Part shown: positions 9,123-19,641 of the stretch, one piece after another
Numbering within the stretch: position 1 is the first letter of the stretch
Layout of the letters: every line of letters begins with the position of its first letter
Origin: Anaerolineales bacterium
GTDB taxonomy: Bacteria; Chloroflexota; Anaerolineae; Anaerolineales; E44-bin32
Reading direction: 5' to 3'
DNA length: 64,000 nucleotides
NCBI GenBank assembly: GCA_035281845.1
Contig: DATEVL010000155.1
Span: 739-64,738, forward strand
The notes under the pieces: generated by a model
Seen by the model: the letters and a program-made list of their open reading frames with translations, nothing else
Databases searched by the model: none
What the model was told of the DNA's origin: nothing
Position numbers and translations under genes: made by a program

Positions 9123-10625
9123 CTACTCGCCACCGACCGCTCCCCGCCGCTGATACGTACGATTAAGTTCCTGTATCCTCTCGGCGAGATCTTCAGTCGC
9201 CGCGCCGGATGCCAGTCGCCACTCCCAGTTGCCGTCTGGGCGCCCGGGGTAGTTCATGCGAGCCTCACTCCCCAGCGACAGAAAGTCCTGGATCGGCGCC
9301 AGGCTCCAACCGGCGTTCGAAGACCAGATCGAACCGACCAGGCTCCAGGCAATGTCGCGGCCATCCGCCTCCAGCGTGCGGCGGGTGTACTCGCGCGTCG
9401 CCTCGGCGGCAGCCTGATACCAACCGCGCGACGTATCGTTGTCGTGGGTCCCGGTGTACGCCACGCACCGCTCTGGGTAGACCTCTAGCGGCTCATCCTT
9501 CACCGCGCCGCCCTCAAGATCGAATTGAAGGATCTTCATCCCCGGAACTTCGAAGGAGTCCCGCAGGTGTCGGACCTCCGGGGTCATGACGCCCAGATCC
9601 TCAGCTATCAGGGGCAAGCCCCCTAGATCGGCGCGTAAGGCATCGAGCAAAGCCACCCCCGGCCCTTTCACCCAGCGGCCGGTGGCGGCCGTCGGAGAAC
9701 CCGCCGGCACTTCCCAATAGGCCGCCAGCCCTCGAAAGTGGTCGATCCGGACACAATCCACTTGCTGAGCCAGGTGCCGAACCCGACGACACCACCATTG
9801 GAAACCCTCTTGCTCATGGCGCTCCCAGTGATAGATCGGGTTGGACCACAATTGTCCCGTCTCAGAGAAGTAATCCGGCGGCACCCCTGCGACGACGACC
9901 GGCCGTCCGTTGGCATCGAGTTGAAACAAGTCCGGTCTCGACCAGACATCGGCGCTGTCTTCCGACACGTAGATCGGCAGATCTCCAATCAGGCGGATGC
10001 CGAGGTTGGCAGCCTGGTGGCGAAGCTCCTGCCACTGACTCCAAAACCAGTATTGCTGAAGCGCGTGTTCCTCGATCGATTCTCGCAGCCGCCCGCGGGC
10101 CGCCTCGAGCTCCTGCGGACGCCGATGCGCCAAGGACGAGTCCCACGCCGTCCAAGGTGCGCCGCCATGAACTTCTTTGAGAGCCATGAAGAGGACGTAG
10201 TCGTCGAGCCAATCAGAATGGGCCTCCCGCCAGGCGACGAAATCCGCTTCCCCCGGCCGCCCACGTCCTCGCCAGCGCTCGGCGGCTGCCTTAAGGCGAT
10301 CGGATTTCCGACGCTGGACGGCCGGGTAGTCTACCTTGTTCGTCGAGACCGGCCGGTCTTCGAGATCTTCGCGTCCGAGCCATCCGGCCTCGAGCAATCG
10401 ATCGAGGCTGATCAGGAGCGGATTTCCGGCGAAAGTCGAAGGCGACTGATAGGGAGACCACCCCCCGCCCGACGGCCCAAGCGGGAGGAACTGCCAGAGC
10501 GAGCAGCCGGACCGGTGGAGCCATGTCAGCCAAAGGAGGGCGGCTGGGCCGAGATCCCCGATGCCATCACCGCCGGGGAGGCTCGTCAGATGGAGGAGGA
10601 TTCCCCCGGCGCGTGGAGGTATCAC
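9123..10625 (-). CDS. malQ: 4-alpha-glucanotransferase (amylomaltase, GH77)
   Basis: Motifs GILLHLTSLPG, WSPYQS, RIDHFRGL, IAEDLGV, YTGTHDND. Start set to the GTG at 10625, which overlaps the glgA stop (GTGA). The listed start at 10694 would overlap glgA by 73 nt. Confidence 0.85.
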   Translation of the reverse strand: MIPPRAGGILLHLTSLPGGDGIGDLGPAALLWLTWLHRSGCSLWQFLPLGPSGGGWSPYQSPSTFAGNPLLISLDRLLEAGWLGREDLEDRPVSTNKVDYPAVQRRKSDRLKAAAERWRGRGRPGEADFVAWREAHSDWLDDYVLFMALKEVHGGAPWTAWDSSLAHRRPQELEAARGRLRESIEEHALQQYWFWSQWQELRHQAANLGIRLIGDLPIYVSEDSADVWSRPDLFQLDANGRPVVVAGVPPDYFSETGQLWSNPIYHWERHEQEGFQWWCRRVRHLAQQVDCVRIDHFRGLAAYWEVPAGSPTAATGRWVKGPGVALLDALRADLGGLPLIAEDLGVMTPEVRHLRDSFEVPGMKILQFDLEGGAVKDEPLEVYPERCVAYTGTHDNDTSRGWYQAAAEATREYTRRTLEADGRDIAWSLVGSIWSSNAGWSLAPIQDFLSLGSEARMNYPGRPDGNWEWRLASGAATEDLAERIQELNRTYQRRGAVGGE

Positions 10626-12067
10626 CGGCGTGCGCCGCGCGCCCGCATGGCGCGGCGATAGACCGCCGCGTACTTGCGGGCCGGCCTGTCCCACCCGAAG
10701 TCACGTCGGGCCGCCCGATGCTGCAGCTGGGCCCAACCACGGGGCTCGCCGAAGAGTCTCATCGCACGGCGCAGCGCCTCCGCCAACGCCATCGGAGAAG
10801 GTTCGGCGAAGACAAAACCGGTGCCGGAGCCGAGGGCGTGATCGCGAACTGTGTCGCGCAGGCCGCCGGTGGCCCGTACGACCGGTATGCACCCATAGCG
10901 CATCCCGATCATCTGGACCAACCCGCACGGCTCGTAACGGGATGGCACGATGACCATGTCCGCGGACCCGTAGATCCTTCGCGCGAGGTCAGGATCATAG
11001 GAGCGTCGGAATCGGAAACGCCCGGTGTGGCCTTGCTCGAATGAGGTGGCCATCTCCTCCAGCTCCACCTGCCCCGTGCCGAGGACGACGGCTTGCCAGG
11101 GAAGGTCCAACAACATGGCCAGGGACTGGAGCATGAGGTCGATTCCTTTTTGATGCTCCAGGCGACCAATGAACGCAAGAAGGGGAACGGCTCCATCGGA
11201 GGCAAAGCCAAGCTCGTTCTGCATTCCAAGCTTGTTACGCCCCCGGCGTTCGAGGGTTTCCGCGGTGAATCTCGCCTTGAGGGCGCGGTCCGTTGCCGGA
11301 TTCCAAAGAGACAGATCGATGCCGTTGAGGATCCCGGTGAGAGACGCTCGTCGCTCGACAAGCATCGGATCGAGCCCGAACCCGAAGTCGGGGGTGGTGA
11401 TCTCCGAAGCGTAACTGGGGCTGACCGTCGTCAACCAATCGGCGTCCGTCAACGCACCGACGAGGGGCAGGGACCGGGCCCAGTCCGGGAGCGCGCGGCG
11501 GGAGGCATCCGGGAGGCCGTAGGCGTGCCACGCCTCCTCGTGGCCCGCTCCGGCGTAGGCCAAGTTGTGAATCGTGAAGACCGCGGCGGTGGTCCGCCAG
11601 AAGGGATCTTCCGCCCGATAGGCAGCGAGCCAGGACACGGCGGCGGCCGAGTGCCAGTCATGGGCGTGGACCACATCCGGTCTCCAACCCGTCTGCTGGC
11701 AGGCGGCGAGGGCCGCCAGCGACCAGAAGACGAACTTCTCCCCCTCTTCCTTTCCCCCTCCGTAGACCTGCCGGTCGCGCGCCACCGGTTCGCCGTCGAC
11801 GAGCAGGACGTCTGTGCCCCGGATGCGCTGCCGGTAAACGACCGCGCCCAGGCTCTCGCCGCGACGAAGGATTTCAACGTTGGTTTGCGCCCGCGTCGTT
11901 CTTGCCGCCAGATCGATCGACGGGTAACGCGGCAATGAGGAACGCACGTCGAGTCCAAGCTGGCGCAGCGCCCGCGGCAACTCGCCGCCGACATCGCCCA
12001 GGCCCCCGACTTTGGCCAGGGGTGTAGCCTCCGCGCACAGGAAGAGGACTTTTAGGGGGAGAACCAT
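10622..12067 (-). CDS. glgA: glycogen/starch synthase (GT5)
   Basis: Trimmed to the ATG at 12067 (MVLPLKVLFLCAEATPLAKVGGLGDVGGELPRAL, i.e. the KVGGLGDV motif near the N-terminus). C-terminal PSRYEPCGL motif. Confidence 0.9.
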   Translation of the reverse strand: MVLPLKVLFLCAEATPLAKVGGLGDVGGELPRALRQLGLDVRSSLPRYPSIDLAARTTRAQTNVEILRRGESLGAVVYRQRIRGTDVLLVDGEPVARDRQVYGGGKEEGEKFVFWSLAALAACQQTGWRPDVVHAHDWHSAAAVSWLAAYRAEDPFWRTTAAVFTIHNLAYAGAGHEEAWHAYGLPDASRRALPDWARSLPLVGALTDADWLTTVSPSYASEITTPDFGFGLDPMLVERRASLTGILNGIDLSLWNPATDRALKARFTAETLERRGRNKLGMQNELGFASDGAVPLLAFIGRLEHQKGIDLMLQSLAMLLDLPWQAVVLGTGQVELEEMATSFEQGHTGRFRFRRSYDPDLARRIYGSADMVIVPSRYEPCGLVQMIGMRYGCIPVVRATGGLRDTVRDHALGSGTGFVFAEPSPMALAEALRRAMRLFGEPRGWAQLQHRAARRDFGWDRPARKYAAVYRRAMRARGARR

Positions 12068-13707
12068 TTGTAGTCGATGTCGGGGAAGACCTTGTCCTTC
12101 TCCCACAATGCCGCGGCGAGGCCCGGGTCGGGCCGACCGTCCTCCAGCCCGGCAAGCAGGGAATGGAAGCGATCTACATGATCGCGGAAGCGCTGGACCG
12201 CGTACTCGCGCGCCTGACCGGTCGTCACCAGAAAGGGCCAATCGGAGGATTGAAGGAGAAGCAGCTCACGCGCCGCCTGGTTGAGGACGGCCGCGCCGTC
12301 TGCCGACGGCGACGTGCTGCTATCGACCGCGGTCAACATCCGCCGCTCGGCCTCGTGAATGATCGGCCACATCCAGTGCGTGTCGGCGTTGTCCCAGACG
12401 AAATGCCCTCCCCCCGCCCCCCATGAACCCTCCGGCAGGCTGAGCACGGTCTCCGGAGGGTGGGCCTCGAGGTAGGCCGAAGCCGTCGTCAGCTCGACCT
12501 CGGGAATGACCGCCAGCCGGCGCAGCACGGCCTCCAGCCAATCGATGCCCTCAAACCACCAGTGGCCAAAGAGCTCTGTGTCGTAATTGGCCGAGACGAT
12601 CCCGAATTCGCCCGTCCGATCCCGATACCCTTTCAGCAACCCGGCCACCAGCGAGGCGAAGTGATCGGCTTGCATACTCACGCGACCGGCGGCCCAATCC
12701 GGGTGGTATATGTCCTTTTCTCCGAGGGTGACTCGAGCGCCGCTGATGCGCCAGTACTGCATCCCGGAGACTCCGTCCTTCTTGTGGAATTCGCGGTAAT
12801 CGAAGTCGCCGGGATAGCCCCACTCCGAGCTCCACACCTGCAGCCCGGCCCGGTTGTCCCGCGCCAACACGGCCACCTCGGCCTGAGTCACGTAGTACGG
12901 ACGGAAGGTGGTCGCCGGCTCGGATGGCTTGAGCTCGGTCATCGGGACCACGTACCGGCGCACCACGCCTCCATAGGGGCCGATGACCTCCCCGGCGGCC
13001 ACACCCACGGGCCTCCCTCCTTCGACCATGTGGGTCTCGGCGAAAAAGAGGCGCAGCCCGTTGGCGGCGAGGTGCGTCTCCAGCCCGGGGCGAAGTCGCT
13101 CATCCTCGGCGATGTAGGCCGGCCGGTAAGCGCACTCCGGAAGCCAGATCGCCTTGGGACGCCGTCCCAGATGGCGTTGATGCGCGGCCATGGCCGTCCG
13201 CAGCTGCAGGCCGATGGACTCGTCGCGGTCGAGCAAGGGCAGATAACCGTGGGTCGCGCCGCAAGTGATCGTCTCGATCGTCCCGGACTCTTCGAGGGCG
13301 CGGAATGCCGGGACAAGATTGCCTGCGTATCGGCCCTCGAAACTGGCGCGCACGGCTTCATAGCGGTCGCGATAGAAGCTCGCCAGCCACGCCAGGTGTT
13401 TTTCCCCCTCGCCTTCGAAACGAGGGATGTCGGCGGCCGCGGCGGAAATCTTCTCCGCCAGGTAGGTGCGGAAGTTGGCACGGACGTCCTCATCGGCGAG
13501 CTGCTCGAGAAGGATCGGCGTCAGCCCGAGCGTGACGCCACCTCGGACCCCATCGGCCTTTAGACGGTTCAGCATGTCGAGCAGCGGGACGTAGGTCTCG
13601 GCCGCCGCCTCATGGAGCCATTCCTCACCGTGCGGCCAGCGCCCGGCGGCGCGGGTATAGGGGAGGTGCGAATGCAGGACGAAGTTGAAAGCGCCGGATG
13701 GTTCCAT
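12052..13707 (-). CDS. GH57-family alpha-glucan branching-enzyme-like protein
   Basis: Trimmed to the ATG at 13707 (MEPSGAFNFVLHSHLPYTRAAGRWPHGEEWLHEAAAETYVPLL), the typical GH57 N-terminus. WLPECAY motif. 16-nt overlap with glgA. Branching activity (as opposed to another GH57 activity) is inferred from operon context. Confidence 0.75.
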   Translation of the reverse strand: MEPSGAFNFVLHSHLPYTRAAGRWPHGEEWLHEAAAETYVPLLDMLNRLKADGVRGGVTLGLTPILLEQLADEDVRANFRTYLAEKISAAAADIPRFEGEGEKHLAWLASFYRDRYEAVRASFEGRYAGNLVPAFRALEESGTIETITCGATHGYLPLLDRDESIGLQLRTAMAAHQRHLGRRPKAIWLPECAYRPAYIAEDERLRPGLETHLAANGLRLFFAETHMVEGGRPVGVAAGEVIGPYGGVVRRYVVPMTELKPSEPATTFRPYYVTQAEVAVLARDNRAGLQVWSSEWGYPGDFDYREFHKKDGVSGMQYWRISGARVTLGEKDIYHPDWAAGRVSMQADHFASLVAGLLKGYRDRTGEFGIVSANYDTELFGHWWFEGIDWLEAVLRRLAVIPEVELTTASAYLEAHPPETVLSLPEGSWGAGGGHFVWDNADTHWMWPIIHEAERRMLTAVDSSTSPSADGAAVLNQAARELLLLQSSDWPFLVTTGQAREYAVQRFRDHVDRFHSLLAGLEDGRPDPGLAAALWEKDKVFPDIDYKWFSP

Positions 13708-13809
13708 CCGTCCACCTGGAGCGGGTAGTGAGATTCTAGCAGAGGCTTCGCTGAGTCGCACTCCGGCGAGATAGAATCGGCCGGCATTCAAACAGCGGAG
13801 GCCAGGTCG

Positions 13810-14088
13810 GTGATGTCCAGCGACAGTGCCGTTCCAGCATCCCGGGAGCCTGCAGCCTCCGGGAAACCCGATCCCCAAGCATCGGCGGACCCGGAAGCCT
13901 TCTGGGCAGACGTGCTCTCGACAGACCCCGACCGGATACGGCAGGCCCTACGCGGGCTGACGCCGGACGAAAGGCGTGCGGTCCTGGAACATTTGCGCCG
14001 GATGGAGGGGGACGAAGGGTGGCAGCCGGATCAACGCCGTCGGGCGGGGGCCGCCACGGCGGTGGCTGACGGCTCGCCGCCACCTTGA
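13810..14088 (+). CDS. hypothetical small protein (92 aa)
   Basis: Divergent from the glycogen operon and upstream of pepF. Contains a plausible helical segment (RIRQALRGLTPDERRAVLEHLRRM). No motif and no clear SD. Confidence 0.35.
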   Translation: MMSSDSAVPASREPAASGKPDPQASADPEAFWADVLSTDPDRIRQALRGLTPDERRAVLEHLRRMEGDEGWQPDQRRRAGAATAVADGSPPP

Positions 14089-14266
14089 TGAAGAACGCCG
14101 ACGGCTACGCCCCCCCTCGCAAGCCGCGCCGAGAGCCTGTTCGGATCTCGCATGCGCCGGCCGCGCTTCGATTCATGAGATACCTGGAGAGGGAGGACAT
14201 TTGTGAACAGCACGCGGCAACAAGGATCGCCGGGAACCCCTTCGGCGGCTAGCCAATGGAGGCAGC

Positions 14267-16069
14267 ATGGCAGACGACAGCCCGCTCCCGCGATGGAACC
14301 TGACGCCGATCTTGCCGGGCGTTGAAGAGCCTGCCTTCGGTGAGGTCTTCCACCGAGTCGAGCAGGAAGTCTCAGCGCTCGTTGCGCTGTTCGATAGGCA
14401 CGGAATCGGAGGCCAGACACGGGAGGATTCGTCGAAGGCGGAGCCGTTCGAGGAGGTCGTGCGAGCTTACCTCGACGTCCGAACCCGCGCCTATCTAATC
14501 GAGGCTTATCTGGAGTGCCTGACCGCCGCCGACAGTCGCGACAACGCGGCGCAAGCGAGTCTATCGGAGCTCCTACCCACTCTGGCCACGCTCAGTTTGC
14601 TGCTGACGCGCCTGACCTCGTGGGCCGGTCGGCTGGAGGTGGACGTTCTCATCGCCTCTTCGCCGCTGGCCCAAGACCATGCCTACTTTCTGCGCAAGAG
14701 TCAGGTGCGGGCGCAGCACCTGATGGGGCCCTCCGAGGAGGCACTCGCCGCAGACCTTCTCTTGACGGGGAGCACGGCCTGGGAACGGATGCACTCCACC
14801 CTGACCTCCCAGCTGATGGTTCCGATCGAGGTCGAAGGCCAAGCCCGCCAACTCCCCATGAGCGCTATCCGTAACCTGGCGCAGAACCACGATCGTGCCC
14901 TCCGCCAACAGGCCTACGACGTCGAAGTCGCCGCCTGGCACCAGGTGCGCGTGCCCTTGGCGGCGGCGATGAACAGCATCAAGGGCGAGGTCAACTTGCT
15001 CTCTCGCCGGCGCGGCTGGTCCTCGCCCTTGGAAGCGACGCTGTTCGAGCATGCCATCGACCGCCCCATCCTGGAAGCGATGATGGAGGCGGCCGAGGAA
15101 TCCTTTGACGACTTCCGGCGCTACTTGAGGGCAAAGGCGCGCCGCTTGGGGCTGACCACGCTCGCTTGGTATGACTTGTATGCCCCGGTCAGCGAGGCGA
15201 GCGAAGGTTGGACCTATCCGCAGACCTGCCAGTTCATCCTCGATCACTTTCGCCGCTTTTCGCCGGCCTTGGAAGATACGGCACGGCGCGCCTTCGACGA
15301 GGGTTGGGTCGACGCTGAACCGCGAGGGGGCAAGGCCGGCGGGGCTTTCTGTGAGTGGATGCGCGGCGCCGAGTCACGCATCCTCGCCAACTTCCTACCT
15401 ACGTATGACGGTATGTCGATCCTGGCACATGAGCTCGGCCACGCCTACCACAACCGCACCCGGGCGACGCGAACGATCCTCCAGCGGCGGACCCCATCGA
15501 CCCTGGCCGAGACGGCCAGCATCTTCTGCGAAACACTCATCGCCCAGGCCGCCTTCGAGGAGAGTGACGACTCCCAACGGCTGGCGATCCTTGAGTCCTT
15601 CCTGCAGACGGCCTGCGCCGTCGTGGTCGACATCGCCGGTCGCTTCTATTTCGAGCAGAGTGTGTTCGAGCGCCGCGGTCTGCGCGATCTCTCGCCGGAC
15701 GAGCTGTGCGAAGAAATGCGCCGGGCCCAGGCCCGCTCGTACGGCGACGGGCTCGATCCGAGGACGTACCATCCGTACATGTGGGCGGTCAAGCCGCACT
15801 ACTACTCCGGCACAGCCTCGTTCTACAACTACCCGTACACCTTCGGTCTGCTTTTCGGCCTGGGCCTGTACGCTGTCTACCGCGACCGCCCCGAACGCTT
15901 CGTCAGCGAATACGAGGACCTGCTCTCCAGGACGGGGATGGCGACCGCCGCCGAACTGGCCGAAGGCTTCGGGATCGATCTGCGTGCGCCATCGTTCTGG
16001 CGCGCCAGCCTGGACTTGGTGAGGGAGCGGATCGAGCGTTTCGAGCAGCTGGTGGGTCCGGCCAACTGA
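14267..16069 (+). CDS. pepF: M3B-family oligoendopeptidase (PepF-like)
   Basis: GGAGG SD 5 nt upstream. Zinc motif HELGHAYH. Size (600 aa) and overall layout fit M3B. Confidence 0.85.
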   Translation: MADDSPLPRWNLTPILPGVEEPAFGEVFHRVEQEVSALVALFDRHGIGGQTREDSSKAEPFEEVVRAYLDVRTRAYLIEAYLECLTAADSRDNAAQASLSELLPTLATLSLLLTRLTSWAGRLEVDVLIASSPLAQDHAYFLRKSQVRAQHLMGPSEEALAADLLLTGSTAWERMHSTLTSQLMVPIEVEGQARQLPMSAIRNLAQNHDRALRQQAYDVEVAAWHQVRVPLAAAMNSIKGEVNLLSRRRGWSSPLEATLFEHAIDRPILEAMMEAAEESFDDFRRYLRAKARRLGLTTLAWYDLYAPVSEASEGWTYPQTCQFILDHFRRFSPALEDTARRAFDEGWVDAEPRGGKAGGAFCEWMRGAESRILANFLPTYDGMSILAHELGHAYHNRTRATRTILQRRTPSTLAETASIFCETLIAQAAFEESDDSQRLAILESFLQTACAVVVDIAGRFYFEQSVFERRGLRDLSPDELCEEMRRAQARSYGDGLDPRTYHPYMWAVKPHYYSGTASFYNYPYTFGLLFGLGLYAVYRDRPERFVSEYEDLLSRTGMATAAELAEGFGIDLRAPSFWRASLDLVRERIERFEQLVGPAN

Positions 16070-16413
16070 GAGGGAATGAGCCGTCCGGTGGCGGAGGTAA
16101 CGCTCCTCCTCTCTTTCACCCTGTACTCCGCCTTCGCGGTCTGCCGCACAAGTCGGGGCTAGATTCAGGTCGTTGAGGTCAGCGGCGTCAACCCTCCTGT
16201 GGAGGGCTGCCCTGAACGGTTACTTCGAACGAGTTCGCCAGCGGCCGATTTCCGCCTCGACTCACGACCCCGCCAGCTCTTCGCAAGGCCTCACGACGCC
16301 CTACCAACGATCTGGGACTCGCGCGGAAGCACGGCAGCGGAGAAGGCGGAGTTCAGGATAATGCGGTTGGGCAAAGCACCTGGCCTTTGGGAGTGGATCC
16401 ATCCGTCCGATGG

Positions 16414-17457
16414 CTACTTCCCAAGCTGCGTGCGAAACGCCTCGGTCAGGGCCGGGACGATCTCGTACAAGTCGCCGACGATGCCGAACCGAGCGAGCTT
16501 GAAGATCGGCGCCTCAGGATCCTTGTTGATGGCGACAATCGTCTTCGACGTGCGCATGCCGGCCAGATGCTGAATCGCCCCCGAGATGCCGCAGGCGATG
16601 TACAGATCGGGTGCAACGACCTTGCCCGTCTGGCCCACCTGGTTGGAATACGGGATGTAGCCGGCGTCGACGGCCGCCCGGCTGGCGCCGACGGCGGCGC
16701 CCAGGACCGACGCCATCTGCCGGATCAATTCGAAGCCTTGATGCGCTCGCCAGATTTCCTGCTGCTTCTCGTCCGTGATCTCAGGCGGTGGGGTTAGCCG
16801 TCCATTGTTGGAAACGCCCCGGCCTCCAGAGACGATCACGCTGGCGTCCGTCAGGCTGACTCCGCCATCGGAGGCCCTGTACCCGAGCACCTCGGTCGCC
16901 GAAGCCCCCGGAGTTACCGCGGCGACGTCCACCGGTCCCTTCCGCGCTGTGTCGGGCGTAGGCCGCGGGAATGCCCGGCTGCGCACCATCACAATCTGCG
17001 GGCGGCGTGTGCGCGAAACCTCTTTGGTCAGAAGTTTTCCTGCGTAGATCGGCCTGGTGGCGACGACTGCGCTCTCTTCAACTTCCAGGGCGATCGCGTC
17101 CGGCGTCACACCCGTGTCGAGGTCGACGGCGACCATCGCCCCCAGCTCGCGAGTACGTCCGGTCGTCGGCAGAACGAGCACCTCGGGGCGGCTCTCCTTC
17201 AGAACCCCGGACACCACATCCGCATACAGCTCTGGGCGAAAATCCTTCAGCGAAGGACTCTCGCGCACGACGGCCGCGCTCGCACCATGCGCAATCGCTT
17301 CCTCGGCCAATGACCGCACGCCATCACCAACGACGAGCGCCGTGACGCCGCTCGACATCGAAGCCGCAATCGTCGAGGCGGCGTAGAGGGCCTCCCAGGA
17401 GGCAACGACGGCCTCCCCAAGATGGTGGTCGATGTAGACGAAGATGCGATCAGCCAT
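16414..17457 (-). CDS. etfA: electron transfer flavoprotein subunit alpha
   Basis: Trimmed to the ATG at 17457 (MADRIFVYIDH). FAD-binding signature PDLYIACGISGAIQHLAGM. The start shares one base with the etfB stop (TGATG). Confidence 0.9.
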   Translation of the reverse strand: MADRIFVYIDHHLGEAVVASWEALYAASTIAASMSSGVTALVVGDGVRSLAEEAIAHGASAAVVRESPSLKDFRPELYADVVSGVLKESRPEVLVLPTTGRTRELGAMVAVDLDTGVTPDAIALEVEESAVVATRPIYAGKLLTKEVSRTRRPQIVMVRSRAFPRPTPDTARKGPVDVAAVTPGASATEVLGYRASDGGVSLTDASVIVSGGRGVSNNGRLTPPPEITDEKQQEIWRAHQGFELIRQMASVLGAAVGASRAAVDAGYIPYSNQVGQTGKVVAPDLYIACGISGAIQHLAGMRTSKTIVAINKDPEAPIFKLARFGIVGDLYEIVPALTEAFRTQLGK

Positions 17458-18236
17458 CACAGCACCTTCTCTTCCATCAACCGCTGAACCAATTGGGCGG
17501 CGGCCTCCCCCGGGGAGTCGGCGCTGATCATTTCGCAGTGGGTGTTGACACGCGGCGGAGCGATCAGCGCTGGCCAGGTGACGGCCGGGGATGGAGCCTG
17601 CAGGCCCATGTCGGCGGCGGACCACGTCGGAATTTCCGCCTTGGAGGCTTTTCGGATTCCCATGAAGGACGGGTAACGGGGTTCTCCGATTTCCTTGACC
17701 ACGCTGACGACGGCCGGCAGCTGCGCGCGGACTTGCTGTCTTCCCTCTTCGAGCATGCGTTCGACCTCAATCGTCCGACCTTGGGGATCGACGGCGACCA
17801 CCGCCGCCACCAACGTCAACGAAGGCCAACCGAGGCGGCGAGCGACCTGCGCCGCGGTCACGCCGGTGTCGCTGTCGACCGACGTCCGGCCGAAGAGCGC
17901 CAGGTCCAGCGGATCGAGCTTGCGCAGCGCCGCGGCCAGCGCCGCCGACGCCACGAGCGTGTCGGCGGCGGCAAAGGACGGGTCCTGGAGAAGGATCGCT
18001 TCATCGCACCCCATGGCCAGGGCCTGCTTCAAGGCCTCGCGCGCCCCCTCCAGGCCGAGGCTGATGACCGTCACCTTTCCTCCGTGAGCTTCCTTGATGC
18101 GGAGCGATTGTTCGACGGCGAATTCGTCCCACGGATTCAAGACGAGCGGAGCATCTCCCCAGGTCACCTTCCCGTTCTCGACGGTGACGGTCGCCGCCGT
18201 ATCGGGAGTCTGTTTGACGCACACAACGATGTTCAA
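17457..18236 (-). CDS. etfB: electron transfer flavoprotein subunit beta
   Basis: Trimmed to the TTG at 18236 (LNIVVCVKQTPDTAA), preceded by AGGAGGACGAC. Overlaps the acyl-CoA dehydrogenase stop (TTGA). Confidence 0.85.
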   Translation of the reverse strand: MNIVVCVKQTPDTAATVTVENGKVTWGDAPLVLNPWDEFAVEQSLRIKEAHGGKVTVISLGLEGAREALKQALAMGCDEAILLQDPSFAAADTLVASAALAAALRKLDPLDLALFGRTSVDSDTGVTAAQVARRLGWPSLTLVAAVVAVDPQGRTIEVERMLEEGRQQVRAQLPAVVSVVKEIGEPRYPSFMGIRKASKAEIPTWSAADMGLQAPSPAVTWPALIAPPRVNTHCEMISADSPGEAAAQLVQRLMEEKVL

Positions 18237-19477
18237 GTCGTCCTCCTGCCCGCCGGCGCCGAGCCGGGGGCGCGCCAATACGTTGGATCGTAGGCCGGGA
18301 GCTCGCAGCGCAGCTGAGCGTCCTTCCGCGTCCCCAGCGCGTAGCCGGCCTGCATCAATTGGTGTATCTCGCTGGTCCCCTCGTAGATCATCGCCCCGCG
18401 CGAATTTCGCAGGTAGCGTTCGACGTCGTACTCGTCGCTGTAGCCATAGGCGCCGTGGATCTGGATCGCCTCCGAGGCGGCGGCGAAAGAGGCGTCGGTG
18501 GCGTACCATTTCGCCAGCGACGTCTCACGCGTATTGCGCAGCCCGGCGTTCTTCATCCAGCCTGCGCGCAGGTAGAGCAGGCGCGCGGCTTCGTAGGACT
18601 GAACCATCACCGCCAACTTCTGCTGAATGAGCTGAAAACCGGAGATCGAGCGGCCGAAGGCCCGTCGTTCATTGGCATATCGCAAACTGGCGTCCAAGCT
18701 CGCACGAATCAGCCCCGTCGCGCCGGCCGCCACGGTGTACCGGCCATTGTCGAGGCACGACATGGCGATCCGGAACCCCTCCCCTTCTTCGCCCAGACGG
18801 TTGGCCGCCGGAAGGCGGACATCTTGACAGTGGACCCAACCCGTCGAGCCGGCTCGCACGCCGAGTTTGCCGTGAATGTCACCGCGGGTCACGCCCGGCC
18901 GATCGGTTTCCAGCAGGAAGGCGCTGATCCCATCGTGCGGATCGCCGGCGGACCCCAGGTCGGTCCGGGCGAACCACAAGATGTGATGGGCCTTGGTCGC
19001 CAGGGAAATCCACATCTTCTCGCCGTTGAGGAGGTAATCTTCCCCCTGCCGCCGTGCGGTGGAGGCCATCGCCGCTACGTCGGAGCCGACGCCCGGTTCG
19101 GTGAGGCCGAAGCCGGCGATCTTCTCGCCACGCGCCTGGGGGACGAGAAAGGCCTGGCGCTGCGTTTCCGTACCCCATTGAAGGAGGGCCAGACTGTTCA
19201 GCCCCATATGGACCGACATGACTACGCGCAGCGTCGAGTCGACGGCCTCGAGCTCTTCGCACACCAGTCCTAGGGTCAGGTAGTCGAATCCCTGCCCGCC
19301 ATAACGTTCGGGAACGCAGATTCCGAGGATGCCCAACTCGGCCATCCGCGGCAGGATTTGCGGCGCCATCTCCTGCCGGCGATCCCATTCGCGGATGATG
19401 GGCAGGACCTCTTTCTGGCCGAAGTCTCGGACCATCCGCACCACCATCTCTTGTTCGTCGGAAATACGGAATTCCAT
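18233..19477 (-). CDS. acyl-CoA dehydrogenase
   Basis: Trimmed to the ATG at 19477 (MEFRISDEQEMVVRMVRDFGQKEV). ACAD signatures GFGLTEPGVGSD and QIHGAYGYSDEYDVERYLRNSR. Confidence 0.9.
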   Translation of the reverse strand: MEFRISDEQEMVVRMVRDFGQKEVLPIIREWDRRQEMAPQILPRMAELGILGICVPERYGGQGFDYLTLGLVCEELEAVDSTLRVVMSVHMGLNSLALLQWGTETQRQAFLVPQARGEKIAGFGLTEPGVGSDVAAMASTARRQGEDYLLNGEKMWISLATKAHHILWFARTDLGSAGDPHDGISAFLLETDRPGVTRGDIHGKLGVRAGSTGWVHCQDVRLPAANRLGEEGEGFRIAMSCLDNGRYTVAAGATGLIRASLDASLRYANERRAFGRSISGFQLIQQKLAVMVQSYEAARLLYLRAGWMKNAGLRNTRETSLAKWYATDASFAAASEAIQIHGAYGYSDEYDVERYLRNSRGAMIYEGTSEIHQLMQAGYALGTRKDAQLRCELPAYDPTYWRAPGSAPAGRRTT

Positions 19478-19641
19478 GGAGACGATCCTGGAGGCACGAC
19501 GGTTCAATTATAGCCGTGGCTCCTCTCGGACCGCATCCGCCTCGGGCCGGGGCGTGCCAAGAGTGACATTCGTCCAAGGCTGTGCACGAGACTCGTACCC
19601 CCGGCCATCGTCGCTTCCGGCCGATATAATCACCGCTCGCC

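Noticed and set aside
16414-18236. Electron-bifurcating (group 2) versus ordinary EtfAB
   Set aside because: EtfA is somewhat long (347 aa) and has an insertion near residue 260. I cannot assign the diagnostic NADH/second-FAD residues in EtfB by eye, so no claim is made.
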